Below are positions 13,877 to 27,550 of a stretch of 64,000 nt of DNA, in pieces (the first letter of the stretch is position 1; every line of letters starts with the position of its first letter). Position numbers and translations under genes: made by a program. Location of the stretch: positions 29,078,001 to 29,142,000 of the forward strand of contig OZ024740.1 in assembly GCA_964016885.1 (NCBI GenBank), read 5' to 3'. The notes under the pieces were generated by a model that made no database searches, had not been told where the DNA came from, and saw nothing but the letters and a program-made list of their open reading frames with translations. The stretch comes from Eledone cirrhosa. Lineage: Eukaryota.

Positions 13877-14590
13877 TAGAAAGTGAGGTTTTTTTTACAA
13901 AATGAAAAATAACCGAGGTGTCCTACACGAGTGAAAGTATAAAGATAAAAAGATGAAATCGAAAATGCAACTGGAGTCTTATTTTTTTTTAAATATATAT
14001 ATTTATTTGGTTCCTTTACCGGTTTCGCAGTTCTTCTGCTTTTCAAAAGTAGAGTTGAGATGGAGGGTCTGTGGTTTTTCTTACATCTGGTTGGTCTTTG
14101 AATGTTACTTGTTTTATATGGAAAAAAAGTGGCTCGAAACGCTAGGTTTTTAGAGAAGTAATTTGATTGGTTGGTCAATAATTATAATAAATTTCGCGCC
14201 AGTTCGCGTTACAAAGTTCTTCAAACAAGGTGTGTGTGTGGGGGGGGGGGGGGGCGCTCAGCTTTTTTTTTCATATATGAGAGTTTGAATTTCTTTTTAC
14301 TTATAAAAAGGGGCTCACGAAGGCTTTTTTTTAATAAACGTATTTGATTGGTTATAAATGAAATTATGGCTGTCACGTGAACAAGCTTTCATTAAATTTC
14401 GCGCCCTTATTTGGAAATCTATTCTGTAGCCTTTTTAGTGAATTTTATGACAAGCAAAAGATAATGATCAAGAGAAATGGGATGGGAGAATTGTTTGGTT
14501 CAGTGAATATGGTTAGGTTCGCTGGGGTGTCAGAATTCAGATTTTCTATTGAAATAAAGAAAGTAAAGATGTGTATGTTTAATTGTGTGC

Positions 14591-14651
<61 letters not shown>

Positions 14652-15640
14652 AATTTCTTTTTACTTAAAAAAGGGGGCTCACGAAGGTTTTTTTTTAATA
14701 AACGTAATTTGATTGGTTAGTAAAGATATGTATGTTTATTTGTGTGCTTGTGTGTGTGTGTGTGTGTATTGGAAGATGATTCTATTAGTAGAAATGGGGG
14801 AGGGAGTTGTGTGTGTGTGTATATATGGGTGTTATGTGTGTGTGTGTGGGAGTATGTTAAGATGGAGAGAATATATATATGTGTATATATGTTTGTAGGA
14901 AAGTGATTCTATTAGTAGAAATGGGGGAGGGAATTGTGTGTGTGGGGGGGGGGGGTATGTGTGTGTATAGGTGTTATGTGTGTGTGGGAGTTTGGTTAGC
15001 ATGTTAAGATGAAGAGAATATATATATATTGTGTGTGTAGGAAAATGATTCCTTTAGTAGGAATATTTTTGAATGAACATATTTTCCTTACTTATTCGTA
15101 TTTGTTCTGTTGTATTGTCAGCGCAAACGTATGTTAAGGTTTATTTAGTTCGGGTTTTTATTTTCTAAAGTAGCAGGTGTTATGTGTGTGTGTATGTGTC
15201 TGTTTGGATGGTTAGCATGTCATGGTGTTGACATAATGTATATTAAACCATATTTAATGCTGGTCTATATTTTTGAATAAACATATTTTCCTTATTTATT
15301 CGTATTTGTTCTGTCGTTTTGTTAGCGCAAAGGTAAAATGGGAAGACTTGGAATTTGGGTGTCTTATTACTTGCGCATATGTTTAGATGTGCGCTTAGTG
15401 GTATCTGTCTCGTGGTTGGATCTCGTAATTGTTGGCGATGAACTGTCATTCTGTTTCTGAGTGTGAGTTTAGTTTGTCCTATATAATCTTCATTGCATCC
15501 TTTATATTTAATGGCATAAAGCAGATTTTTTGATGAGCAAGTGAAGTGATTTTTTACAGAAAAATGTTGTCCTAATTTAAATGTATACGTGTTGCCTTCA
15601 ATGAGGTGAATGCAGGTTCTACAATTAGAGCGACCACAGA
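13870..15640 (-). mobile_element. Penelope-like element, 5'-truncated: GIY-YIG domain and 3' region
   Basis: 15243-15640 reads CGRSNCRTC...FTCSSKNLLYAI...YIGQTKLTLRNRMTVHRQQ...SAHLN; flanked by (TA)n. Confidence 0.85.
14012..14051 (-). ncRNA. Minimal hammerhead ribozyme, U3-A8 core variant
   Basis: Minus strand: TACTT-TTGAAAA-GCAG-aagaa-CTGC-GAAA-CCGG-TA-AAGGA; same strand as the PLE and near its 3' end. Confidence 0.6.
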
Positions 15641-15652
15641 CTATATATATAT

Positions 15653-15816
15653 ATATAGAAGAGCTTCTACAGGACTAGAACTGTTTCATTCGTAAGAAAT
15701 CATCAGAATGGAACAGTTCTAGTCCTGTAGAAGCTCTTCTATATGAAAACTGATATACTCTGCTATATATTGAGTACCTTACTTACTGTGGTTATCTCCG
15801 ATTCAACCCGGAATAA

Positions 15817-15819
<3 letters not shown>
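15653..15819. repeat. Palindrome (15653-15744) plus tail; hammerhead core on minus strand
   Basis: Minus strand CTGATGA-tTTC-ttac-GAAt-GAAA-CAGTTCTAG-TC-CTGTAG; 5' strand of stem I absent. Confidence 0.75.
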
Positions 15820-15852
<33 letters not shown>

Positions 15853-15854
<2 letters not shown>

Positions 15855-16040
15855 AACAGGTATGACCCCGACGGCAGAGCTCAAGCCGTTTCGACGGCTA
15901 ATTCTGGACTCTAATGTTCGAAACGGCTTGAGCTCTGCCGTCGGGGTCATACTTGTTCCGATTACCCACTCTACTACCCTAAGTATTGAGTACTTTCGTG
16001 CGTTGTGGTCGATCTGGTTCCTTACCACATTTCCTTCGTT
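15853..16040 (+). mobile_element. PLE-terminus foldback (palindrome 15853-15959 plus tail)
   Basis: Arms contain GAAA-CGGC-ttgagctct-GCCG-TC-GGGGTC; family members at 48536-48650 and 56277-56428. Confidence 0.8.
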
Positions 16041-16096
16041 ATATATACATATATATATATATGTATATATATATTTAATATAGAAATGGCTTCTAC

Positions 16097-16189
<93 letters not shown>

Positions 16190-17039
16190 ACTGTGTGTGT
16201 CTATCCATATGGATGTATGTGTCAGGTGGAGACTCAAGGGAGGAGAAAATTGAAGAAAAAGGGTCAATAAAATGTGGAAGGTGGAGCTGGGTGGCGCAGT
16301 GTAGTGTAGGGTAGTGGAGGGTGGTGGAGAGTGGTGCACGATGAAGCTGGGTGGTGCAGGGTGGGGTAGGGTGGTATAGGGTGGTGGAAGGTGTCGCAGG
16401 GTGAAGCAGGGTAGTGGAAGGTGGCGCAGGGTGAATCAGTGGGTTGCAGGATGAACAGGGTGGTACAGAGTGGAGCAGAGTGGTGCGGAGTGGTGAGTGG
16501 TGGTGGAGGGTGAGTGGTCTAATATGTGGTGGAAGTGGCGATGTTGGTGTGGAAGATGGTAAATGGGACAAGGTGCCGGATTAAGGGTGGAATTTGAGGA
16601 AATATTTCAAAAAGAATGAAAAAGACAGATTCTTGGTCAAACAAACATGTCTGTCTGTCTGTCTGTCAGTCGACGGAGGTAGACGTGTATTAACAAGCTC
16701 TGTATTTTGCATTGGTTTTACCTTGTAAAGAGTGAGTTTTGGGATTATTTTTCTATTGTAATATAATTTAACCCCTCGTTTGGGCCTGCAGACGTTGGGG
16801 TTATTATTGTTTTCGCCCCTTTTGGTGGTGAAAGCTTTCATCTTGCAGTTTTGTGAACTCGGCTTGTAGTAATGGACGGCATTAATACAAGTTATGGTGC
16901 CACGCTCCCCAAAGCTTGTAGTAATGGACGGCATTAATACAAGTCATAGTGCCACCCTCCCCAAAGAAAAAATAATCTTCGAGGAAAATTGAAAGCACAA
17001 AGTGTCCAGCTCCCCCCCCCCCCGTTCTTTTAACGATAA

Positions 17040-18610
17040 ACGTTAATAAGGAACAACAGACAACAACCGAAAAGACACAAATTGGAAATAATACCAGCAA
17101 CGGTAAAATTATCGATACCAATACGAACACCAAACTGAACAGCGACAACAACAATAACAAGAATGACATCGACAACAAAATTTCCTTTGCGGAAACTGTA
17201 AAAAAAACACAAGTGTTCCTACCTTTGGATTTAACCAACGCAAAGCAAAAGTTGGAAGAAGCAAAAAGGTATGTGACTTTCGAACCCGATGGTTTATTCA
17301 GCTTTAATTCCCCTGAAGAAATAAAAAGAGAAATTGCCACGAGCACGGTGGTGTTCAGGACAATCTCGAATGCTACAAAAAACCCAGTACAACCGTCTCA
17401 GAGTGAGATAGAGCTGGTTCTAAGGAACAAAATGGAAAACATTTTGTTCATTCAAAAAGAAAAACTCTTCGGTAGCATCTCGGTGCTTATGAAGGATCAA
17501 GAAACAGCGCAAAAACATTCCATTGCGCCCATTGTATCCACCCACTTCACCTTTTTCCCGTCTTACATGGGAAGAAGGTCTCAAAAAATAAAATTCCACT
17601 GCATAAAACCCAAAGTAGACACTTGGTGGCTACTTTGTGGCGTTTTAGACCTTGACCAAGACATTATAATCTCGGTTTGAAAGTCCCCCAGAGAGGTCTT
17701 TAGTGGGACCAACGTAGAACTTCTGTTGCAGATGAGCCCAGAAAGGATAGCGAAGATCCCACAGAGAATTCATTTAGATGGAGAGACCTACATAAATATT
17801 TCAGTTGATAGTAGGCGACCGGCGTGTTACCACTGCGCAAGCAGACGTCACCTGAGGGTTGCATGCCCTCAACTGATAAAAAAGAAACCTTTATTACAAA
17901 CATCACAAACAATAACACCACCAACACCACCACAACCACCACAACAACAACATCAATAACAACAGCTCAAGAAAACAACCCAAAACACGGTCCTACCCAG
18001 CCCCTCCCCACAGGACACAAATACAAAAACACACGCAGTGTAAAAACACAACCTGGCAATATACCCCTCCCCTCCAATACGGAAGAGGAGCTCATATCCT
18101 CGGAAAGTCAAAAGAAAAAAAACGTACACACACCACACAAACAAAAATAACCCCACCTGACAACACAACACATACAACAAAACGCAAGCTCACTCAAGAA
18201 CAACAAACAAAAACAAAAACAACACAAATACTCTACACATACATAAACAAAACAATAAAAACTTACCAGACAAAATAAACAACAACCCTTCGGTATACAC
18301 CAAAGTGCCGAATTTTCTAATGGCAACGGGACTCCCTAACCTGAAAATGGTGAAGGTCCCACTTGACATTTATAAAACATTGAAAAACAATTACCCTGAG
18401 GACGTGGGGCTACCCTGCACCAGGGCACTCAACCGCGTCCTCCTGAAAGGTTTTCCCCTCCTCTCCTCAAACACCCACACGATTCCAAACACCCCAACCC
18501 CTCCACACACTATTACACCCACACCACCACAAACCACCACCCCACACAACAACCCCTCCACCACCCCCATGGACTCTGAACAGCCCGGACCCCGGGACGC
18601 AGAGAGGTAA
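17040..18610 (+). pseudogene. Tx1 ORF1 (gag-like, zinc knuckle), disrupted
   Basis: CYHCASRRHLRVAC (CX2CX4HX4C); C-terminus RDAER* shared with copy 3; start approximate. Confidence 0.75.
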
Positions 18611-18633
18611 GTGCCTCTTTCTTTACGACCAAC

Positions 18634-21600
18634 ATGGCTGTGTTAAGAGTAGGTTGTCTAAATGCGCGTGGCCTGGGCTCACCTTGGAAGCAAGCTAAAC
18701 TTCTGAATGACCTCAGGTCACGATGTATAAATGTGATGGTTATTTGCTAGGCCCGGATAAGCAGCGTGCGACAACTAGCCCCCACCTTTGATGACTTTGA
18801 GATGCACACATCTCTCTGTCAGCCCGGAGGTAGGGGTGGGGTTGTCGTTCTGCTGCAAAAACATCTGGGTCGCGCTACACAGACGGTACACTTGGACCCG
18901 GAGGGTCGACTAGTGGTTCTGGATCTTGGCAGTGGTGAAGGCGAAGCTTTTAGGCTTGTCGCCGTTTACGCCTCTTTTGGGGCAATGCGGTCGGACTTCT
19001 TCCATCGTCTGGAGACTTTTCTAGGGACGTCCCGCTCCTTGCTTTTTGTGGGGGACTGGAATGGTATCCTAGATGCACGTTGGGACTATCTAGGGGCATG
19101 TCCCGATAGAGGGGGGTGTAACAACCTCAAGGGGTTAATCGGCCAATTTGACCTGGCCGATAGATATCGACTAGATTTTCCGACTGTGCCAACCTGGACT
19201 TGGACAAACCATAGCGGTCAATCTAGATCGTACCTAGATAGGTTCTTAGTTAGAATTAAGGATAGGGACTTTTTAAGTTGTCCAGAAATGCTCATGGTGG
19301 GCTATTCAGACCACAAGTTAGGGACCTGCATAGTCCACCTTGATAGAACGCATAGGCAGGGACGCGGTTACTGGAAGCTCAACTTATCCTTACCGGCAAA
19401 TAGAACTTACAGGAACCGGATTAGAACCTTAGTTAAGGAGCGGTTGACGGGCGCCATCGTCAACAGCAGGTGGTGGGGCTCTCTGAAAAGAGAGATTAGA
19501 GTAGCTTCAATAGGAGTTAGTAAGGAGTTAGCCTCAGATAGAAATAGGAAGGAAAGGGAGTTGAAGAGGCAATGAGAAGCGGCAACGTGGCCAGAGTGCA
19601 AGCGTCGAGAACGGCCTTGAGCCAGTTCTTCGACGCGAAACACTAAGGCTGCGTTGTCCGAAGCAAAATACGTGCTCTGGGAAACGAGAGGACCAAAGCT
19701 GTTAGCTGGGCCCGCGTGACAGAAGCCAAAAGTGGGATTAGATCCACTATCCGGTCTTTGCGAGACCAGGATGGACGGGTGATCCTTGAACCTAAGCAAA
19801 TGTGCGAGGCCTTTCGAAGGCATTTTGCCCGATTGTTCGGGAGGGGCGGGGGGCCGGTTGGGGATGTGGATTTCGGTCCATACCTCGACGGCCTGCCGCG
19901 TCTTTCGGACGAGGAGGCGAGGTCCTGCGACGGGCCGATCGCAGCTGCTGAAATAGGGGGCGTGCTAAGCCTATTGCGGCAAACGCAAATCTCAGGCCAC
20001 GATGGTCTTCCCTTCGAACTATATATTAATATGCCGGACTTGTTCCCCGATCTCCTCGAGGCGGTCTACTGCAACTGGCAACAGAACGGGAGAATTCCCT
20101 GTTCTGTGACGAAGGGCGTAGTCTCGATAGTGAGGAAGGACGAGAACAAGGGGGATGACATTAGTAATTTTAGGCCCATAATTCTGCTAAATTCAAAGTT
20201 AAAGATTTTGGCCAAGGTGTTAGCGAAGAGGTTGGCGCTTGTCGTGGGGGCCTGCTGGGAGATGCGCAGACATGCGCTATCCCATCCAGGTCCATCCACG
20301 ACAACCTCCACCTCATGCGATACATCATAGAGAGGGTTGGGAACGAACCCGGCTTTCGTGGGGCCCTGATAAATTTAGATCAGTCTAAAGCTTTCGATAG
20401 GGTGGACCATGGTTACCTGGATGCGATGCTAGCGGCAGGTGGTTTGGGACCCGTTTTCAGGGGCTGGATCACTGCCATGCATAGGATGGCCAGGTGAAGT
20501 TGCTTGGGGTCTGGTTCGGACTGGACCTCCAGGTGGAGAAAAACTGGGGTGAGGTGACGAATAGGTTGTTTGCACTGACCCAGAAGTGGGCCAAGTGCAA
20601 ACTATCCCTGAAAGGTCGGGCGGAGGTGGCGAAGGCTTACATAGTGTCCGTCATCTATTACCGCTTGACTGTCGTACCTTGCCCGGGTGAGATCCTCGCC
20701 AAAATGGAGCGCGCCCTCTTTCACTTCCTTTGGAAGAAGAGGTCTCCTTTGGTGAGGAGATCCATCTGCTGTCAACACCCTTTGAAAGGAGGGCTGGGGA
20801 TGCCGTGGCTAAAAATGCTTAAACGCGTATTGAGGCTACGGCACCTCGAGGTATTTCTCACCGGTCAACTGGTGTGGGCCCCGTTTGTGAAGCGATCCTA
20901 CCCGAGGCTCGTCTCGCTCACCGAGCTTCAGTCCTGGGTGAAGCAAAGACCGAGAAAACTGGGCGACTGGCACACCGAGTGTGCTCAGGCGCTCACAGCT
21001 CTCTGGCAAGCGGACCCGGCTATCGGTGGAGACTCCACCTCGTCATTCTATAGAGGGCTGGTGGTTAGCAGGTGCGACGACGCCCTCGGAGAAACCCAAG
21101 GCATGGAGGAGGACGAACTGGCCAGCCTATTCGGTAGGACTTTCGGCCCGGGACCTATGGACAACATCCAGAAGTCTTTGGCCTGGCAGTGCTACCGAGG
21201 GGCTCTACCCGTTCGGGATAAGCTCTACAGACTCCTCGAAAAAGATCTGTCCCAGATGCGTGCGCGACGAGGAAACCGTCCCGCACGTATTGGTACACTG
21301 CCCGGGCGTTGCCGATCTGTGGGGCTATGTCGAACAACTGCTGTAACGGGTGGGACCAATTAGGTTGACCACCGAGTCCATTGTAACGATCAAGCCACCT
21401 CCCCCCTTCAAAAATGAAGGAGAGGCGGTATTCCCCTGTGTAATAGCCATGGTAAAAGAGGTTGTATGGTGGACGCGTCTAAAAGGGCTGAGGTCGGTCA
21501 CCTTTCTTTCCGGCCAACAACTGGTCCTTTTCTTCCGATACCATTTCGTAAGAAGGATCAGGATGGAGAGAGAGGTGCTCCACCCCAGCCAGTTTTATGA

Positions 21601-21663
21601 AAGGTGGGTCAAAGTTGCGAGAATGGCCCGTGTGACGGGCCTTCTCTCTACCTCAGCCTGTAG
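18634..21663 (+). pseudogene. Tx1 ORF2 (APE endonuclease + RT), stops, frameshifts and internal deletion
   Basis: LNARGL, GDWN, YLDRF, SDHK, GYWKLN, DQSKAFDRVDH; YADD region missing. Confidence 0.9.
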
Positions 21664-21995
21664 GTAGAAAAGGAAGCAGGGAGCACCCTCTCTTTGTGCT
21701 CCTGTGGAGAAGGGTCGCACATTTTCTTTCAGGGGTGTGTGTGACTCCAAAACGATCCCTCCCAATTGAGGACCTTGTTGTTACAATTTTATTAATTACA
21801 TTTTTCTTACTCGATTTATATGTAAACGCCCCCCCCCCCCCCCATGTACATGTCCCTTTCTTTTGTGCCCTCGTAGCAAATAAAAAGAAATGTGTCTGTC
21901 TGTCTGTATGTTGGGCATTGAGATGTTTGGTGACAATGGGGGCGTAGTGATGTAATGTTGCTGTTGTTGTTGTTGTTATTGTTGATTTTACAGTT

Positions 21996-24015
21996 GTGGT
22001 GGTGATGGTGATAGTGGTGGGGTGGTGGCGTGGAGGTGTGGTGATGTGGTGTGGTGGTGTGGTGGTGTGGTGGTGTGGTGGTGTGGTGTGGCGGTGTGGT
22101 GGTGTGGTGGTGTGGCGGTGTGGTGGTGTGGTGGTGTGGTGTGGTGTGGCGGTGTGGTGGTCTGGTGGTGTGGCGGTGTGGTGGTGTGGTGGTGTGGTGT
22201 GGTGTGGCGGTGTGGTGGTGTGGTGGTGTGGTGGTGTGGTAGTGTGATGATGTGGTGTGGTGGTGTGGTGTGGCGGTGTGGTGGTGTGGTGGTGTGGCGG
22301 TGTGGTGATGTGGTGGTGTGGTGTGTGGTGGTGTGATGATGTGGTGGTGTGGCGGTGTGGTGGTGTGATAGTGTGGTGGTGTGGTGGTGTGGCGGTGTGG
22401 TAGTGTGATGATGTGGTGTGGTGGTTTGGTGGTGTGGCGGTGTGGTGATGTGGTGGTGTGGTGTGTGGTGGTGTGATGATGTGGTGGTGTAGTGGTATGG
22501 TGTGGTGTGGCGGTGTGGTGGTGTGGTGGTGTGCTGGTGTGCTGGTGTGCTGGTGTGCTGGTGTGCTGGTGTGCTGGTGTGCTGGTGTGGTGTGTGGTGG
22601 TGTGGTGGTGTAGTGTGGTATGGCGGTGTGGTGGTGTGGTGGTGTGGTGGTGTGGTGTGGCGGTGTGGCGGTGTGGTGGTGTAGTGGTGTGGTGGTGTGG
22701 TGGTGTGGTGTGGCGGTGTGGTGGTGTGGTGGTGTGGCGGTGTGGTGGTGTGGTGTGGCGCTGTGGTGGTGTGGTGGTGTGGTGGTGTGGTTGTGTGGTA
22801 GTGTGGTAGTGTGGTGGTGTGGTGGTGTGGTGGTGTGGTGGTGTGGTGTTGTGGCGGTGTGGCGGTGTGGTGTGGCGGTGTGGTGGTGTGGTGGTGTGAT
22901 GATGTGGCAGTGTGATAGTGAGGTGGTGTGGTGGTGTGGTGGTGTAGTGGTGTGGTGGTGTGGTGGTGTAGTGGTGTGGTGGTGTGGTGGTGTGGTGGTG
23001 TAGTGGTGTGGTGGTGTGGTGGTGTAGTGGTGTGGTGGTGTGGTGGTGTGGTGGTGTGGTAGTGTGATGATGTGGTGTGGTGTGGTGGTGTGGTGTGGTG
23101 GTGTGGTGGTGTGGTGGTGGTGTGGTGGTGTGGTGGTGTGGTGGGGTGGTGGGGTGGCGGTATGGTGGTGTGGTGGTGTGGTGTGGTGTGGTGGTGTGGT
23201 GGTGGTGTGGTGTGTCGGTTTGGTGGTGTGGTGGTGTGGTGGTGTGGTGTGGCGGTGTGGTGGTGTGGTGGTGGTGTGGTGTGGCGGTATGGTGGTGTGG
23301 TGGTGTGGTGGTGTGGTGGTGTGGCGGTATGGTGGTGTGGTGGTGTGGTGTGGTGTGGTGGTGTGGTGGTGTGATGATGTGGTGGTGTAGCGGTGTGGTG
23401 GTCTGGTGGTGTGGTGTTGTGGTGTTGTGGCGGTGTGGCGGTGTGGTGTGGCGGTGTGGGGGTGTGGGGGTGTGATGTTGTGGCGGTGTGATAGTGAGGT
23501 GGTGTGGTGGTGTGGTGGTGTAGTGGTGTGGTGGTGTGGTGGTGTGGTGTGGCGGTGTGGTGGTGTGGTGGTGTGATGATGTGGCGGTGTGATAGTGAGG
23601 TGGTGTGGTGGTGTGGTGGTGTAGTGGTGTGGTGGTGTGGTGGTGTGGTGGTGTAGTGGTGTGGTGGTGTGATGATGTGGCGGTGTGGTGGTGTGGTGGT
23701 GTGGTGGTGTGGTGGTGTAGTGGTGTGGTGGTGTGGCGGTATGGTGGTGTAGTGGTGTGGTGGTGTGGTGGTGTAGTGGTGTGGTGGTGTGGTGGTGTGG
23801 TGGTGTAGTGGTGTGGCGGTGTGGTGGTGTGGTGGTGTGGCGGTGTGGTGGTGTGGTGGTGTGGTGGTGTGGTGGTGTGGTGGTGTGGTGGTGTAGTGGT
23901 GTGGTGGTGTGATGATGTGGTGGTGTGGTGGTGTGGTGGTGTGGTGATGTGGCGGTGTGGCGGTGTGGTGGTGTGGTGGTGTGGTGGTCTGGTGGTGTGG
24001 CGGTATGGTGGTGTA
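21996..24015. repeat. ~2-kb (GGTGTGGT/GGTGT)n satellite
   Basis: Direct reading. Confidence 0.95.
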
Positions 24016-24919
24016 GTCTGATGTGTTGGTGTGGCGGTTGTATACAGTGTTATATAATGGGGTATAGTGTCTTGGTGTTATCGGCTAGGAGCTCTGTAAT
24101 AACGCACGTATGTGTGTATGTATATGTGTGTGTGTTTGTATATGTGTTTATGTATGTTTGTATATGTGTGTATATATGTATGTATATGTGTGTATGTATG
24201 TATGTATATGTGTGTATATATGTATGTATATGTGTGTATGTATGTATGTATATGTGTGTCTATATGTATGTATATGTGTGTCTATATGTATGTATATGTG
24301 TGTATATATGTATGTATATGTGTGTATGTATGTATGTATATGTGTGTATATATATGTATGTATATGTGTGTATATATGTATGTATATGTTTGTATACATG
24401 TATGTATATGTGTGTATGTTCTTGTTGGTAAATATCATCTTGGTTAAGAGAGTGGGACTGGCTTTGTGCAGTGCCTTTGCTCACTATAAAAGCTTCACGG
24501 CACAGGCATTGCTTTGTATCTGGAGATCTCTCTGCACTTGTCGTCACATGGTACCATGGGCCCAGCACTATGTGTCAATAATTGTCACAAGTGTAGTGTT
24601 TGTACCAGAGTTTTCAAGTCGCTGGCTGGACTAAAAAGTCACACTCGTTCAGCGCATCGGTAGGGGTTCTCCTACTTGGATATAAAGTAGTGGGCGTACT
24701 CGAAAACGAGTTGGCAGCCACCATATGTGTGTATGTATGTTTGTATATGTGTGTATATATGTATGTATATGTGTGTATGTATGTATGTATATGTGTGTAT
24801 ATATGTATTTATATGTGTGTATATATGTATGTATATGTGTGTATGTATGTATATGTGTGTATATATGTATGTATATGTGTGTATATATGTATTTATATGT
24901 GTGTATATCTGTATGTATG

Positions 24920-25002
<83 letters not shown>

Positions 25003-25007
25003 ATACA

Positions 25008-25047
<40 letters not shown>

Positions 25048-25320
25048 AAGAGAGTGAAAAACGAGCATACAAACACATACACATACATATACACATACAT
25101 ATACTCATACATATACACATACATATACACATACTTATACACATACATATACACATACATATACACATACATATACACATACATATACACATATACAACC
25201 AGAGGCATAGATATATATCGACATCCAGCTGCTCCCAATGAATGTGTTAAGAGTGTCCAATATATTTGGAGAACTACATATATATATATAATAATATATA
25301 TATATTAAATTGTTAAACAA

Positions 25321-27550
25321 TATTCAATGATTATGTCAAATTCAACAACCAGTAACATGCCCCAAAACATCGCCAAATTAAACGCCAAAATCCTAAAACC
25401 AAACCATAATAATAGAGTTAACATTAATGATACTAAACCAAAATGTAATTGTAGAAACAAAACTAATTGCCCTTTGCAAAATAATTGTTTAGATATTAAT
25501 TTGGTTTATAAATGCACCGTAAAAACTGACCACAAAACATACAATTACATTAGATCAACATCGTCCACATTCAAGGCTCATTTTGCGAACCATAAATGCT
25601 CATTCTCGAACTCTAAAAGGAAATCATCCACTTCTTTATCACAGCTCATATGGTCTTTACAAGAGAAGAATTTAGAATACTCCATTTTTGGACAAAACTT
25701 CGGAACTGTGGAATTTACCGCAACTCTAGTATATCAAATAACTGCCCGCTCTGTACAATGGAGACCCTGATTATTAATAATTATGAGACCCTAATTAACA
25801 AAAAAAGTGAATTATTCTCTAGTTGCCTCCATAAAGCTACGTCCACTTTTTTAGCCTCACATAAAACGAGAAAGAAAGAAACAATTACACCAAAACAATA
25901 ACAACTCGGTTACCAGAAATATATAATCAATAGTAAAAAACATTAATGGCCTTCAATATTGCTTTATTTTATAACTATCTATAGAAGAAACAACGCTAGA
26001 ATGAATGACAATATTTCAATTAACATGCCTAAACTTTGATACACACAACATTATTTGTTAACTTTGATCAATACCATCATTTCTTTATCTCCTTATTTCT
26101 ATCTATCTTCCTATCTATGCTTATAATTTAGTATAATACCTAATCCTTACATATTTATGGAATTTATTTAACTGTGAATTTTTAACACATTTGTGATCTC
26201 TTTTAAATTTTAGTTTAAGACCCAATCCATAATTTTTTATGAAACTCTAAATTTTTAATGAGTTTTTGATCTATTATTTATAGTATAATATAGCATATAT
26301 TTCTTTTAAATATATTTACTGCACTATAAATTCTAAAATTTGAGACGGATTCAAACTTATATATAAATGTGAATTTTTCGCTGCGCTTTCGATCTCTTAT
26401 TTATTTATAATATAATGTATTATAATATGTATGTAGCTATATATTATATTTTATATATTTTTAAATATACCTACCACATTTCTATATATATGATTCAAAT
26501 ATAGAGAAAATATCCAAACTAAAAAATTATTATAGACATTATTTTGAACTCTGTATTATCCATGCACTCATTGTTGTTTTTCTTATATGTATATATATAT
26601 GTATTTAAATGTGACACGTTGATAAAATTATAACTGTTATCATTTACCTAAAGTATACTACACTAATAATACCTAATATATATCTATATATATACATCCC
26701 TATATCTAATAATATGTTGATATCTTGGTTGAAGAATAATTAGTTGCATTTACACCCAGTTATACATAGGTATATATTTATCCTTAACATCCTTCAATAT
26801 ATTATCTTATTTTATTTTTATATTCGTCGTTATTACCTCAAACATACTGAATCATTAATATATACCTATATACATAATAGTTATTTAAATATTTATAACA
26901 ATAAGTACTTCAAAAGCTTTACATACCTAATATGTTGGTATATTTGTTAAAGTTTGAATTTAGGTAAATAATCAACAGTATAATATTTCATTCTTTACGT
27001 GCCAGCTTAATCCTTTAAATATTACTCTTAAAATTCAGAAGTTTAGAAATGATAACACACTTATCGAATTCATGTAAATAATATATAAATAACCAGCAAA
27101 TAATCCTGAAATCTGGAGTCTTCACCCTGATATTATAAATTAAATATTTTCAAATTTAACCGTTTAACTTTCGGGACAAAAAACCTCCTTCTGCATATAT
27201 CTCCCCCCCCCACACACTTTACTTTTCCCTCTTTATAAATCTTTTTCCAGTAGCTATGATTCATGAGACGTTTTCCTAGATATATCGTAGTATCATACAC
27301 TTTAAAACTTTTAGAACAGTTACAATATGCAACGTTTTTTATTACTCACACATTCGCTAATGAATTTATTACGTTTTCACATTTTCTCATAGATGGAATA
27401 TAAGTAAAATTTTCTTTTGGGTTTATCACTACCTTGATTAAATCTTAACCATTTAACATCTCAGGGTATGTCATGTATCATTATATTTTGTCTGATGAGG
27501 ACGTACTGTTGTACATCTGAAATATGCATAATAAAATGTAATTGATCAAA
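25321..27550 (+). mobile_element. Penelope-like element, 5'-truncated: GIY-YIG remnant, long AT-rich 3' region, terminal hammerhead
   Basis: CNCRNKTNCPLQNNCL...LVYKC...YIRSTSSTFKAHFANHK; CPLC. Confidence 0.85.
27481..27541 (+). ncRNA. Type I hammerhead ribozyme
   Basis: TTATATTTTGT-CTGATGA-GGACGTAC-tgtt-GTACATCT-GAAA-TATGCA-TA-ATAAAATGTAA; 11-bp stem I with two G-U pairs. Confidence 0.85.

Larger units (their letters stand above)
16668..21890 (+). mobile_element. Tx1/L1-clade LINE, near full length, degenerate (copy 2)
   Basis: ORF1 remnants with CCHC knuckle, ORF2 APE-RT remnants, 3' AATAAAAAGAAA; (TGTC)n on both flanks. Confidence 0.93.
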
